Source: Camelus dromedarius (taxonomy: Eukaryota). From it: DNA of 64,000 nucleotides. Location of the stretch: the NCBI RefSeq assembly GCF_036321535.1, contig NC_087436.1, positions 60,204,001 through 60,268,000 on the forward strand, in the 5' to 3' direction. The notes beneath the pieces are model-generated. The model searched no databases. It saw only the letters and a program-made list of their open reading frames with translations, and was not told the DNA's origin. Position 1 is the first letter of the stretch; the number at the start of each line of letters is the position of its first letter. Both the position numbers and the translations under genes were made by a program. Shown piece after piece: positions 50,771 to 64,000 of this stretch.

Positions 50771-53700
50771 TTCAGAATACCTGGCTTAGTTAAGAGTCTT
50801 AATAGTTTCTTTAGAGCTTTTGAGAATTATGAAATAAGCTGATCTACAATCCCTGGCATTTTTCTTTCAACCTCCCTCCTTCTTTTTCTAACGCAAGAAC
50901 TGTTTACAAAATGTTCAGGATTTTTAGGGTTAGGCAAGAATTTTAAAAGTCCTAACTACTTAGATTTAAAGATGAAAAAAATTAGGAAGCTTTCCCAAAA
51001 GTCCTGACTAAAGGAATCCTGCTGTTGCTGCAAAAGTAAATTTTGTAGAAGAGCTATTCCTGATCTGAACTTTTGAACTTAGCAAATAAATATGTGGTTT
51101 ATTTAAGAACTATAAATAAGCATTTAAGAAAAAAGTTTTTCCCCTTTAAGGATGATGCTCAATCATACTTGGCAAGTGTTTGGTGCTTTTATTGCCTCAG
51201 TTCCTATTGATTTGATTGTCATCACTAATGATAATTTAATAATGACTCTATGTTACATTCCTCAAAATTATACATTAGACCAGATATTTCAAGGGCATTT
51301 TTGGTAACCACAACTGATTATAATTTTCACACTCTCAATTGCATTCCATAATTAGTGAGAACCATGAAAATCTGTCAATTGCCTTTATTCATTAAGGTAT
51401 TAAATAAAGCCAATACTTCTCGCTTAATTTTATAACAATTTTGCTCGTCGAATGAAGCCCAGAATTCATATACACTAGACCAGTAAGACATATGAAAATA
51501 AATAACCTAAAACACATTTCTGAAAAGTTGATTCATTTTAACTATTTTGTATTTTTTTAAACCTGTACTAAAAACCCATTTATAAATTATAATGAGCTAC
51601 ATTTTAGAAGTTAAATAAATGAATTAGTCTCTTTTAAGATGTTTAATGTTTCAAGTAGAATTTGCCACTTTGCTACACTTTCCATGATACAATTTTTGTT
51701 GTGATAGGAAAACAGAAAGTTAATGACTCTTTCCAATTTGTTCATTTTCATCTTTTATGCTTGCTGCTGTTTGGTTCCCAAGTGCATTTAACTGGCAAGT
51801 TCAATGAAGATTTGGCATTGTACCATCTGATGAAAGCAGAAAAATTAGGTTGCCAATTACATATGTGCCCCTTATGTGCACTGAATTCCCACTGAAATGA
51901 TGAGCCAAATTAGAAATTCTTCAGTAGTGGTACCTAAAAAGTAAAATTAGTGTCTAGGGAAGGAACGGAGATAATTTTTCTTTCCAACCCTATTACTATA
52001 ATAAAAGTCATAAGATATTTTAGAAAATAAATTACCCTTAAAACATTTGCAAAACGTTTGTAGGTGAAGTATCAGAAAACAAATTTAAAAGTTGTGTTTT
52101 CTTCTGTCCTAGTTATTTTATCATCCTTTGATTTACTGCATACTCTATCATGATTATTCAATCATAATGAAGAAAGTTAAATGAAGAACCAATTCTCCCC
52201 TTCGCTTTAGCCGAATAGTATAAAAGAAATGAAAAAAATATGAATATGATACTAACATTCTAGATTTTTTCCATATTACTAAAATGGAAAATATCTTTTT
52301 GTGACAACTGTTATAAAGTTAAGGTGGCATTATGGGCATCTTAGAGCAGCAGGAGCCTTTATGGAGATCGAGGCTGAAATCTGCACTGGATTCAAGATCA
52401 AGGACTGATGAGAAAGTATAGGACAGGAGATGGGAGGACAGACTCAACTGCAGTGCAGGGTCCACAGAGTGCAGGAAAAAACTCTATTTTAACATGGAAA
52501 ACTCTCTTAATTGGGGCAAACTGTCAGGTAGACAGGGCGCTAGTAGAAGAAAAATTAAGACAGAATTATTTTTCAGAAATCTGGTAGTGGCTACTATCCT
52601 TGGTAAACTGTCTTTTTGCAGCAGAAATTCTGCCTGGTGGCAGAACAGCAGGATCTATCCTTGCCCTTGCTCTGTGGAGGAAACTAAAAGGACAGGCAGG
52701 TCAACTGCCAGGATTTCAGAGAGGAATCCTCGCCAGAAGCTAAGCCCAGATGACTGGGTCAAAATACTCACTGCAGGAGCTGTCTTTGATCTGGGAACTA
52801 CACAGACACAAAGGATTTGTCCTGTGGGGCAGACACGGTGGTAGCAAGACGATTAAGGTGAAAGTAAGCCACGGCCCTTGTCACTGGGCTACCATGTCCC
52901 AGGTTTACAATGTGATCTAATTCTGAGACCATTTGATGGGCTGATGGGATGGAAAGCAAAGGGTGTGGAGAGGCATCGCTTACTCTGAAACTGAGGAAAT
53001 CCTCAGTTTCCAGGGGAGAATATCTAGAGAACTCAAGTCTAGAGAACTCAAAAAAGTTTAGGTGGCAGAAGGAAAGAACTGGCTTCAACACTGATGTTCT
53101 CTGAATTTACACCTCTCTCTCATTTAAGGGAGACAAACTGTATTAAAATTGATATTTATCAACATAAAACCAAAGGAGTCCTTATAAGCAGGTTCACCAG
53201 TAGAAACTTTTCCTTTTCTATAATTTCCTTATCTTTGTATCTATTTCCAAATGTGATTGATGAGGTCTTATGGAAAATGATCTCAAGATTTCTCACCTTC
53301 ATATGAGGTGATTTTCATCTTTGAATACTTGTTTTGTTCCGGTTGCAATATTAAAAAAAAATATTTAACCCAATAAATTGGTTCATTTGTTGATGCCTGA
53401 GTCACATTTATCAAAGTGACTTTTCCATTGGGCATTGGAGCTGTTCTAGTATGACTGTCCCCAGGCATCTATGTGTTTGTAGGCATTTCATTAAAATAAA
53501 TAGAACAGGACAGATTTTTGAGAGAAATCATCAGTTAAGTCATCTCTAAAATAGTATACTGATTGAAATCTGAAACTGTAACAATAAATCTATGCATAAA
53601 TCATATAAATAGATCTAATTATAACAATAGAAGAACTATAATAAAATTGTAATAGTACTCTTATACTATTTAGATATATAGCAAAAATAGACAAGGCTAA

Positions 53701-54856
53701 TAAAATAATCGAAACCATATTAAACCAGTACTTAAGCAGGTTGGAAACTGGTCTTGCCATCTGTCAGTTTCTATACTGGCAGTTTCACAAATGAGATCTC
53801 TTTTTAACAAAACATCACAGCAGGAGATACAGACATGTGAATTGTAATTAAAATGTGAAAAATGCATTTTCTAGTCTTTGTCATTTATATAAAGCTTCTC
53901 TTATATTGTGAAATTCTAAACTTAGGAAGTCATACAACATGGAAGTCATTTTTATTTTGCCAAATCTATACATTGCTGACCATAATTTTAACTTCAGTAA
54001 GAAATGCATATGCTATCATAAATTGAATTGTGTTTTCCTTATGTCTGGTTCACACAGTAATGAGATTCAATTATTTTTTAATCATCCAAATGTAGAAGAT
54101 GAAGAGGAATAATTTGTATATTTCTATTCAGTCTAGATCTGTTAAGGACTAATGTATTGCTTTATTTTTACTTACTATTATATTCTGTAAATAAAAATGA
54201 TATTGAATTTTATTTGCTTTCTTGGAAAAAAAACTAAATAAGATACTTAATTCTGTAATGGAAAAGTTGTCTAAATTTTATATCTGGTGAATAATAGTTT
54301 TCCTGGTTTCAGAGCATTTATATAAACTACAAACCAAAATATACAATATAGGAAATGTAACTATGGCTAATGCTATATATTGCTATATATTAATTGTTAC
54401 ATAGTGAATAAGTGTTCAAGAAATCAATGATAGCATAATTCAAGTTAACATATTAACCAAGCCTAAAATAACACATTTACATTCAAATAGATCTTAGTTT
54501 TTTTTTTTTTCTTCACTCTCCATCTTCAACATCTGGAATGTTTTCTAGAAATTTAAGTTAAAGATAGCATTGTGTTCTAAACATTTGTCATTATGGGACT
54601 TATTATGTGTATGTATGTATTATACATCCAAACACATTCACATCCCTAACTTATCTTTGGGGTGCAACAATGCTTTTCTTTGTACTGTCATCACTTACAA
54701 CTTTCCTTCAAATGTTAACATTTTAACAAAACAAAATGCATACTGAGAAAGGAGTGAGTTATTATATCACTATGTAATTGTGTGTTTCAAATACAGCTGT
54801 TATAAAATATCCCTTCTCATTTATATACACTTCTTATAATGAGACGTTGAAACTGT

Positions 54857-55229
54857 TGTGATGGAGTGGTAAGGATTATGTCCCTTCGGCTTGACCTGAG
54901 CAGACTTTTGTGACTGTCTCCACTACTAGAATATAGTGAAAAAGATGCTGTAAAATTTCCTAGGCTAGGTCATAAAATCACTCTTTACTTTATCCTTGTT
55001 CTCTGGGTACTATTGCTCTCAGAACTAATCACCTGCTGTAGAGAACCCACACAACCCATGCAAAAGCCCACATTAAGAGGAACGGATGCCTTTAGGCCTC
55101 AGCACTATATGACGGACTTCACATGCAACCAGCACCACTTTGCCAGCCATGGAAGTGAGCCACTTTGGTAGCAGATCCTCCAGCTCCAAATCTATCTACT
55201 CCAGCCAGCCATGTGAAGCAGAGACAAGC
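54857..55229 (+). mobile_element. MaLR LTR (MLT1G/H-like), 3'-truncated
   Basis: TTTCCTAGGCTAGGTCATAAAA...TTGCCAGCCATGGAAGTGAGCCACTTTGG...GATCCTCCAGCTCC...GAAGCAGAGACAAGC. Confidence 0.75.
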
Positions 55230-55545
55230 TGTATTAATTTTTACTGCTGCAGACAAAATTACTGCAAACATAGCGGCTTAAAATAAATAGCAATTTATTA
55301 GAACATGATTTTGTAGGTCAGAACTCTGGGAAGATGTGGCTAGTTCTCTGCTCATTGTCACAAGCCTGAAATCAGCTTCCCTGCTCTTTCTGGTTGTTGG
55401 TAGAATTCAGTTTCTTGCGGTTAGACAGCTGACGTCTCTGTTTCTTTTACGCGTGGCTCCCTCCATCCCCAGGCCAGCAACAGCAGCTTTGAACCCACAT
55501 GCTTCAAAGCTTTAACTTCTACCAGCAGAGAGAGAAAACTTTCCA
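55230..55545 (-). mobile_element. MaLR LTR (MLT1E-like), partial
   Basis: TGTATTAATTTTTACTGCTGC...TAGCGGCTTAAAA...TTGTAGGTCAGAA...GTTGTTGGTAGAATTCAGTTTCTTGCGGTT. Confidence 0.75.
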
Positions 55546-55878
55546 ATTAGAATATAAGCCAATGGTGGGCTCATGATTTATTTACTTACATCTTCAGTGC
55601 CCAGTAATGGGTCATTAAGGGAGACGAGGGGTGGTGCATATTACTAAAGATTTCTTCTCTTTATCATTTCCTGAAAAGTGTATATAATGGAGAAACCTTA
55701 TTGTTCATTATTCCTTCAAGAGCCTTTGCTTTCCTCCAAACTATTCTCAGTCGTTGGACATCTTTTATTGAATTGACTTTAAAAATGAAGGCTGGAGGCA
55801 TCACTGGGGCCACTCAACCAAGTACTACTCAGTCACAGGAAGCAGTGAGGTGAGATTTGATGCAACAGCTCAACAGGT

Positions 55879-56224
55879 TGTCTTAGTCTGTTTGGCTATT
55901 ATAACATACCATAGACTAGGTGGCTTATAAACCACAAAAATTTATTTTTCATAGTTCTGGAGACTGGGGAGTCCAAGATCAGGGCACCAGTATGATCATG
56001 CTCTGATACGGGCCCTCTTTCTGATTCAGAGCTGGTACCTTCTACCTGTGTCCTCCCATGCTGGAAGGAGGCGGGATTTTTGTGGGGGTCTCTTTTCCAA
56101 GAACACTAATCCCATTCGCGAGGGTCGACCCTCATTACCTAAGCATCCCCCAACTCCTGATACTATTACATAGGGCATTGGGACATAAGAGTTTTGGGAG
56201 AGCGCAAACATTCAAACCATAGCA
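55879..56224 (-). mobile_element. Solo MaLR LTR, MLT1A/A0-like
   Basis: TGTCTTAGTCTGTTTGG...ACCATAGACTAGGTGGCTTATAAAC...GTCCAAGATCAGGGCACCAG...AACATTCAAACCATAGCA. 5-bp flanks CAGGT/AAGGT. Confidence 0.9.
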
Positions 56225-57124
56225 AAGGTCAAGACTGTAAAAAGATACAGAAAACCCCAGAATAAATCCAACTGTCCCCTGGAGCTTTAAATGATGTTGG
56301 GAATGAGATATGATACTTTGGATCACCATTTTTATCTTTTGGATTCATTAACAGTTATTAATTAATTAGTTTTCTCCTTTTCCATATATTGTGGCATGTT
56401 CATGGATGAAAGCTCCAGTGAACAGAATATCACATCTCTGAAAAATAACAAGGGATTTTAGTCATCAGGTGTTTCTGGCACAAGGCTGAATCATAGGAAG
56501 TAAACAGTGAACAATAATCCAAAAGGATAAAAATAAAAGGGAAGAAAAACAAAACTCATTATGAAGTAACTCCACCGGTAGTCCTAGTTGGAAAGAATTC
56601 CTAGATAAGTGAATCATAATCATTTATGTAGCCATGTGTCAACAAGTGATACTTTTTTTTTTCTAGAAAACCAAACTAAAAGTGACAGGCTGAGCATGAG
56701 TTGAAGCATACTGAAAAAGCATTTCACTAACACGACACATGAGAATAATTTGAAAATCCAGATTAACTGCTAATTTCTCACCAATCTTGTGTTCTTTAAT
56801 ATCTACAAAACATCATTGCTTAGAATCATAGGAAAGTAAATGTAAAGGGATTTTAGTCATTCAGAAAATTTGTATGGCAGATAGTAGACAAGCTAAATAT
56901 TAGGGATATCAAAATTGGGGGGAAATTCTTGCAATTGAGACAGTCATAGTAACAAATAATTAGAATACAATGTACTGTGAACTAAAAAGAGTATAAAACC
57001 AGTTACTCCTTGCTTTCAAGGAAATAACCGTCCAGTAATAGACATGTTATAACAAATGATTACTTTAGTTAACTCTCAGTCCTCATTTTACTTTGGTAGA
57101 TTTTGGATTGGAGTGACTTTGTAC

Positions 57125-57831
57125 TGTGTTGATATAGCTAAAACTGGAATTGTGTTTCCTAGAATTCCCTTCCCGATACGGTTCTGCTTTAAGGTTGGCC
57201 AAAAGAGAAGCCTTCATGAGATCTGGAAGGAAGAAAGGCAGCAGCAGCTGTATTACATGCTGAAGGACAGTGTAGGAAACCAGGCACTGTGTCAGCTCAT
57301 GCTCCTTGTTGACCTGCAGGCTCACCTTGTTTGGTTTGGGGCAGCAGTTGCGCGTGCAGATCCCTCAGCTCCTGCCAGACCTCCTTTATCCTCTCACACT
57401 GTGTGTGTACAGGTTCGTGGGAGGCTCTTTTGTGAAGCGTCTTTCTGCAGATCACTATCTGCATATCCCTTGTAGTGTAGAAGTTGGAGGTGGTGAGAAA
57501 CAGATATAGGTAGAGACTGTCTTTTGGGGAACCACTTTATCCAGTTTGTCCCAGTTGATGTAGGTAGAGACTGTCTCTTGGAAGTCTAATTTATCCTGAG
57601 GATTCTAGTTTGTCCCAGCTGGCTACCAGTCTACCCAGCTTTTCATCCCAAATGCCAGTTCTGCTGATCTTAGTGACTTTAAGCCCATCGTTGGAGCAGT
57701 GGCAACAGGCTTCCATCGCCTTCTGTCAGCTCCCACAGCTGCATACAGTCTGGTCCCTGTAATGAATCCTTATCCCATATTACTCATATTGATTCTGCCT
57801 TTCTAGTGAGATACACACTTACTTTAATACA
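57125..57831 (+). mobile_element. ERVL-type LTR (LTR41/LTR52-like)
   Basis: TG...CA ends. TTTCCTAGAATTCCCTTCCC...GTTGGCCAAAAGAGAA...CATGAGATCTGGAAGG resembles that family as recalled. Confidence 0.6.
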
Positions 57832-57939
57832 TTTTGTAGAAAGAACCAAAGGAGTACTGAAGATTGGATGCAGATGGTGAGGAAAGAGAAGAGTCAAAAT
57901 GACTAAATCATAAATTAACATGATAATTTTAGTAATTCT

Positions 57940-59110
57940 ATTTGAGCTATTTCTTCCATTTGGCTTCTGGGACACCATCCTGTTTTTATTCCTTTTTCCT
58001 TATGCATTCTCAGTCTCCTTCGCTGGATTCAAATCACTTACATGACTCCTGCATCTGGAGTGTTCCAAGACTCAAGATTTAAACTTCTGTTTTCTATTTA
58101 GCTCACTTCTTTGATGAGCTCATTGAGGCTCAGAGGTTTAGTACCATCTGAATGCTTATAACAACCACATTTGTATCTCTAGCCCTGACCTCCTAATTCA
58201 TGCCTAACTGCTTACTTGTCATCTCTGCTTTTTCATAGAAGCATCTCAAACTTAAAAATATACAAAGCTTCTGAATTCTTCTGAAACCTCTCTGTATACA
58301 GTCTTCCCCATCGTAGTCAATGGCAACATCTACTCTTGCAGTTGTTTGTGTTGAAGACCTTCGAGTCATTTCTAGTTTCTCTTTTTCTCTTACAATGCAT
58401 ATCTAGTTTGTCAGTAAATCCTGTTGGCTTTATTGTCACATGACAGAGTATTCAGCCACTTCTCCAAACTTTCACTTGCTATGACCTAGTTTAAGCTACC
58501 ATCATCTTTCACCCAGGTTACTGTGACAGCTTTCTAACTAATCTCTACATCTACCTCTGTCCCTCACAGTATAGCCTCAAAACAGAACTAGCATGTTAAA
58601 ATCAAAGTCAGATCATGCCACTGTTCTGCTCAAAATCCTACGATGACATCCCATCTCACTGAGAGTAAAAGAATGGTCTAAGGCCTTGCATGTCATAACC
58701 TCTGCCCCCAATCTTGATCCTGTACCACCACTACTGTTTTTCTGTTGCATTTGTCTCTGTGCATTCTCTTCCTGGATGCATGCAGGAGAACTTCCTTACT
58801 TTCTTTCAGACTAGCTCAAATGTCACTTCAATGACACCTTCTCTGGCCATTTTGTCTAAAACGGTAATTCCACACCTCACACATGCTCAGATCAACTTCT
58901 GGGCCCCTTGTCTGCTTTATTTCTCCTTAGTATTTATCTCTAAACCAATGTGTATTATATGTATTCTTATTTACTGTCTGTTCCCCTCCCCAGAATAATA
59001 AAAGATAATGAGGACAGGGATGTTTCTTCCCTACCCCTCTGCCACCCTGTCTCTAGAGGAATGCCTTGCATAGAGTGACCCTCAGTAAGTATTTGTTAAA
59101 TGAAGAATAA
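57940..59110 (+). mobile_element. L2 (L2a-like) 3' portion
   Basis: TTGGCTTCTGGGACACCA...AAGCATCTCAAACTTAA...AAGTCAGATCATGCCACT...CTCAAATGTCAC...CTCAGTAAGTATTTGTTAAATGAA. Confidence 0.9.
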
Positions 59111-59354
59111 ATCATGAATAAAAGTATCAAGTCATCAATTCAATGACAGAAGCACACACAAGAAATAAATCAGGGGACAGAAAGGGCTTCAACATGACCT
59201 TCACTGACTATCCTGGACAACAAAAACAATTCTTGTCATTTTATACACACTTTTAAAAGATTTTGTATGGGATTTTTTTCCTAATTAATCTCAGTATTTA
59301 TGAGGCATGTGGTAATTGAGAAATGTGTCTTCACAGTAATTCTAAAAGCAGATG

Positions 59355-59710
59355 GCATTCATTCATTTATTCATTCAGTCCACAAATATTTATTGAGTGT
59401 CTACTATGTGCCAGCAGCTAGATACAAAGGTGAATAGTGAAATATTCACAAACTTTAATTAAACCTTGGCAACGTGCTAGGCAGAGTGCGAAAGCACGGA
59501 GACAGAGAAACAAAAGTTACAGTACAAAGAGCTGAGGATCTAATAGGAAAGACAAATAAATAAGCAGTTACTAAACTTTGTGAAAAGGGCATAGCAAGTG
59601 CAAAATGGAATGTTTTGTATGATTTAAAATAGGTATGAATAATCCAGATTTAAGGGCTGTTATCAGGGAAGGAATTCTATCAAATGTTAGTGTCTGGCCT
59701 GAGTTCTAAA
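59355..59710 (-). mobile_element. L2 3' end
   Basis: CATTCATTCATTTATTCATTC...CAAATATTTATTGAGTGTCTACTATGTGCCAG. Confidence 0.8.
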
Positions 59711-62179
59711 AATTATCTTGTTTCACTAGATAAACTTCGTTAGGCAAATGGCAGCAAAAAGATTATTTTATTCTTTGTGTTTAATAAATATTTGTTAATT
59801 TTCTAGTATTCAAATAACCTTGTATTTGGAAGTATTATTTAAATAAACATTAAATGTATGAAACTTTGTACATTATATTTTTTTATTTTTATTTACTACT
59901 AATTTAAAATAAGATGCAATGGACCACTCAGAAGTCTTAAATGTTCTTCCAGATTCATATGGACAATATGGAAAATATTTATGCCACTTATATATTTGAG
60001 AATCTCTGCTCATGGAAAATAACACTGTGGATACATATTATTGGGAACAATAAAAATAAAATATTACAGTTCTGTAATTTCTCTTTTTTCTTGAGGCTCG
60101 ATAGGTGAGGAAAAACACAATTTTCTGGTCAATTTGTAATTTATTTAATTTTGTATTTAGTTGCTTACATCAAAACATTAAGTTTTTGGTTTTGAAATCC
60201 TATGTTCAAGTAAAATGCCTAAATGGAGAAGGTAATGTACTGTTTTGCAGAAGCATTGTATGTTGGAAAAGTTGTTTAAATTATACATTTGGTGCAAACC
60301 CTGGGGCTGCTACTTGGGGGACACAAATTAGAAGCAGACAATCATCAAGTTTAAATTGAATCAATTTTTCCTGTACTCAAATGGTGATGCTAATGTGCAT
60401 ATTTCACTCAATATTTTTATACGTCATAATTTTTTTTGAGGCAGTTCTATTTTTGTTCATATCCTGCATAAAACAACAGCCTCAAAATATAGGTCAGGGT
60501 GTTACTGATTGCTTAGAGCAAGCACACACTTGGGAAATTCCTTCTCCTTAAGATTCATCTAAAGAAAGATAGGTGTTTGAACTTTTTGACATTTTGATGT
60601 CAAGTTATAAAATCTCTAAAAGTCTATATGTTTTATATATGAGCATCAACTATAAACAATGAGCATCTGCTTAAATGCGATTCATATCTAAAATTTTAAG
60701 GATTATGCATTAACTTAGATCTTTTAAGAATACCACAGCCTGATAAAATCAGATCATACAGATAAAGCATTAGTTACCCACAAAAAATTTCACTTTTTTC
60801 TTATATTATAATGTCCAGATTAATGCTATTTATATGGACATTAATGTATCTGGACATTTATTAATATATTATTTGCAATAATATGACTCACCTGCTCTTC
60901 CAATTCAGGGCATGAGACTGATTCTTCTGTTATCTGTTCACTTTGATATTTTTCTTCTAATGAAGGTACATCTATGCTCACTGTGTTAATGTTCAGTTCT
61001 CCTACGAAAAGTATGCCTAGAGCCTAGATGATTAACTACTTCTTGAAAAATATTTTTTAAAGGAAAACATAAGTGCTGAAGCATATAGAATATTAAAAAT
61101 ATGTTCATTAACAAAAATAAATTAAAAATGAGAGTGGTTTTATATCTCCAGGGCAATAGCAAGTTATGCCTCAACAATCTGCATGAATTTATGGCCCTAA
61201 ATGTTGTTCTATTTAGCACTCTACAAAACCTGTAGAATCTTATCAGTATACCTAACATTTTGGGGAGACATCGCTCACTAAAGGTGTTTTTCTTATTCCT
61301 TAACTTAAAAAATTTAAGGCATTATAGGTGTTTAATTCAGGTAACTGCAAGTATTTGATTTTTTTGCAGAATATATAGCAGAGGTATACAAATACCTCTA
61401 TATAATGCTTTTCAGAGGAAAGGACTCCTTGACATAAAATAAGTGAAGCAACTGTTTTTAAGAATAAATAAAATATTTCTTTGTTTTGTATACTTTCAAT
61501 AGCTTATGGTCTTCTCTTCCTTCTGCTACTCCTCTTTCTTCTCCTTGATACCATTCCTCCCGCTCCTATTTCTTTCTCTTTGTCATTATGATTGACTTCC
61601 TTCAGCTGAGACCTTGCTCATATGGTGGATACTGTGTTAGTTCTTCTAATGTCTTAACCAAAATAAATACATTTTGAAGTAAAATCAAGCACAGGATGGA
61701 CTCTGCCCTTATTAATTCCTTGAATGGGTTAAGCACATAACTCTGTACGAATTAAGCTACCAGTTGATAAGTACACTATTTACAACATCAGAAAGCCTGC
61801 CTCCAAATTCTTAGAACATTTTCCCATAGGATAATGTAATATACCAGACAGAGTTTATCAGGGAATGTTGGCTGCTTAGGCAGCATTCTACTGCCATCAA
61901 AGAAACAGAGTCACCATCTGAATTACTTCCTTTCGCATTCTATAGTCACAAACTATCCTCGCCTTGGTTAAAAGAAAAAAAGGTATGTTTAGATACTGCA
62001 CATCTCTACCTTAACAAAACAAAACAATAACCAAAACTAAAATTGGAGGGGTAGTGGGAGGGATCATATACCCTGTTGCTTAAATAGAGGGCACATCTTA
62101 TGAAAAATTTAAAAATATGGCCCTATTGTGTAAATAAGGGAAAGAAATACAGGCATAACATCCAAGAAGAGGCCATACA

Positions 62180-62432
62180 CGTAGTGATTGAGATCACTGG
62201 TTTTGCAGATTCTACAGAACTGGCATCAAATCCATGCTTCACGTTTAATCAGCAGAGCAACTTTGGATGAGACAGTTACCTCGCGAGTCCTCAGCTTCCA
62301 CATACATAAAATGACAATAGTTACAGCCTGTACTGTCACTGGGTGTACAAAGGAATTAAATAAGAGGGCATGCGAGTGTTCAGCACAGTACCTAAACAAG
62401 TAGTCAGTATATGGTATCTATTGTTATTAATA
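62180..62432 (+). mobile_element. MIR SINE
   Basis: GTAGTGATTGAGATCACTGG...TCAAATCC...CCTCAGCTTCCACATACATAAAATGACAATA...TTCAGCACAGTACCT. Confidence 0.8.
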
Positions 62433-62624
62433 CGCACTAAAGCTAAATTGCTAAATCAATAAATATATAAATTTCTCTAACTGTGCAACTAAATATGTAG
62501 AACTTCAAATTACCCTTTCTAACATAAGTAAGTAGTGAAAAACGTGAATCACATTTTTTTTGGCATTTGCCAGAATACAGCTAGCTTTATTTTCTAAACA
62601 TAACATCTGTTAAGAAGAAACATG

Positions 62625-63055
62625 TTTCCAACTACTCAATACATATTTATTGAACACCTAGGATTTGTCAATCACTATTCTAAGACCAGATTGGAGATAA
62701 AACAGTGGACAAGGAAGGTAGGACTCTTGCTTTCCTGGAGTTTACTTTCTAGTCAGAAGAATGGGGTAGGGCAGGAAAGCAGAGAGATAAGAAATGAGTA
62801 AATAAACACATAAGATGATTTCATGAAATGCTATGATGTCAAGAAAGCAAAATATTAGGGCATGATTGGGTGACTTTGGTTTGGGTGTGAGAGGAAAGGA
62901 CTCTTTGAAAGTGTATTTAATTTGAGGTCTGAATGACAAGGAGGAGCCAGCTACAGCAAATTTACAGACTCTAAGGTGGAAACAAGTCTGCTATGTGCCT
63001 AAGTAAGAACAGGAACTAGGTCAATGTGTTTGGAGCTTACTGGTCTAGGGGAAGA
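62625..63055 (-). mobile_element. L2 fragment
   Basis: CAATACATATTTATTGAACACCTA...TCCTGGAGTTTACTTTCTAGT...GAGGTCTGAATGACAAGGAGGAGCCAGCT. Confidence 0.8.
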
Positions 63056-64000
63056 ATAAACCTCAAACAATTTGTTTTATGCTTCCATGTGTTTTCCCTT
63101 TTCTGGTTCATTGACCACTTTCTATTTAAATGGCATATTTATTCTTGATGTTAGAACAAAAGCATTTCCTTTTAATCTAAGATATTTACAGCATCCCAGA
63201 ATACGCCCACCATGTACTCTGACATTATTAGGAAAATTAAAAATTCAACACAATTTATACATCAGAGGCAGGACAATTGTTCCTGGGTGTTTATAAAGGC
63301 TAGAAAATATTGTTCCATAGAGGCTTAAAGAGTTTATGTGAAAACTAATAATCCTCTATCTCAGTTGTAAGTTTCAGTGGGTCTATTTCCACCTGCAGTA
63401 ACAGAAGTAGGAAGTGGGGGAAATGAAGAACATAGAATTGTAGTATCCTCGCCCCACTGGCATGCAAATCATTCAGCACTGCACCGCTGTACTGAAGCCT
63501 TTACTGGCAGGGGTCCCTGAGCAAATCATTTCCATTACTAGTCTGTTCTAATAACCCCTTTGCTGATTCAGCTACCTGAATGTAAATATCATAGAAATGA
63601 CTAGGAAATAAAAGCCAATTTGAAACACTGAAAAGAGATCTAAAAGAAAATGGTTCCTGCATATGCCTTCATTTTCATAACTCTTTGTTTAAAAATCTGC
63701 TTATCATAGATAAAGTCTTTTGACTCTATCTGAAGCCAGTGGAAGAAAAATAATTTTTCACACATCACTATATGTTGCTTAAAGCTCCCTATCTTAAATT
63801 GACAGCTACTTCACCTATACTAACACAATACATATAGAAAAGCTTCTAATTCTTCATGTATGTGTATGTATTTACTCCAAGTGAAATTGCCACAACTATT
63901 AAAATAGCCACAGTGAATTCCATAGGATTACAGTTAAAGTTGTTCATTGTCTATTCAATAGAAGTCTTAGTGAGTTGTCTTGAGGTACATATGAGATCAT

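Noticed and set aside
52309..52850. 116-aa ORF and possible ERVL-type LTR relic
   Set aside because: The ORF is unrecognisable and the repeat resemblance is too weak to call a family or boundaries.
61372..61403. Short hairpin AGAGGTAT-ACAA-ATACCTCT
   Set aside because: Too short and AT-rich to distinguish from chance. Rho-independent terminators do not apply to mammalian DNA.

Overview
AT-rich mammalian genomic DNA, not prokaryotic. A young L1 3' UTR resembles cetartiodactyl (probably camelid) L1, and I saw no Alu, B1, Bov-tA or ERE SINEs; the species call is inference. The main feature is a CpG island (~47.6-49.2 kb) holding a minus-strand TATA/Inr promoter and a ~430-nt first exon with no main CDS. 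I recall this exon as the CCSER1 (FAM190A) 5' UTR, from memory only and unverified. Positions 1-48528 are then first-intron sequence and 49-64 kb is upstream intergenic DNA, both full of old L1, L2, MIR, MaLR/ERV LTR and hAT relics. No canonical protein-coding exon is present, and the supplied ORF track looks like L1 remnants or noise. Best leads: (1) a candidate unannotated coding exon deep in the intron (40 codons, strong Kozak ATG, phase-0 donor) inside a motif-rich unique block; (2) a 24-aa uORF that uses the only AUG of exon 1; (3) three unusual L1-type insertions, namely a tailless 5' tRNA-Gly half with a perfect 16-bp TSD, a polyadenylated U5-less MER41-like LTR retrocopy, and a near poly(A)-only micro-insertion. 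Repeat family names come from remembered consensus sequences, and boundaries of old repeats are approximate.
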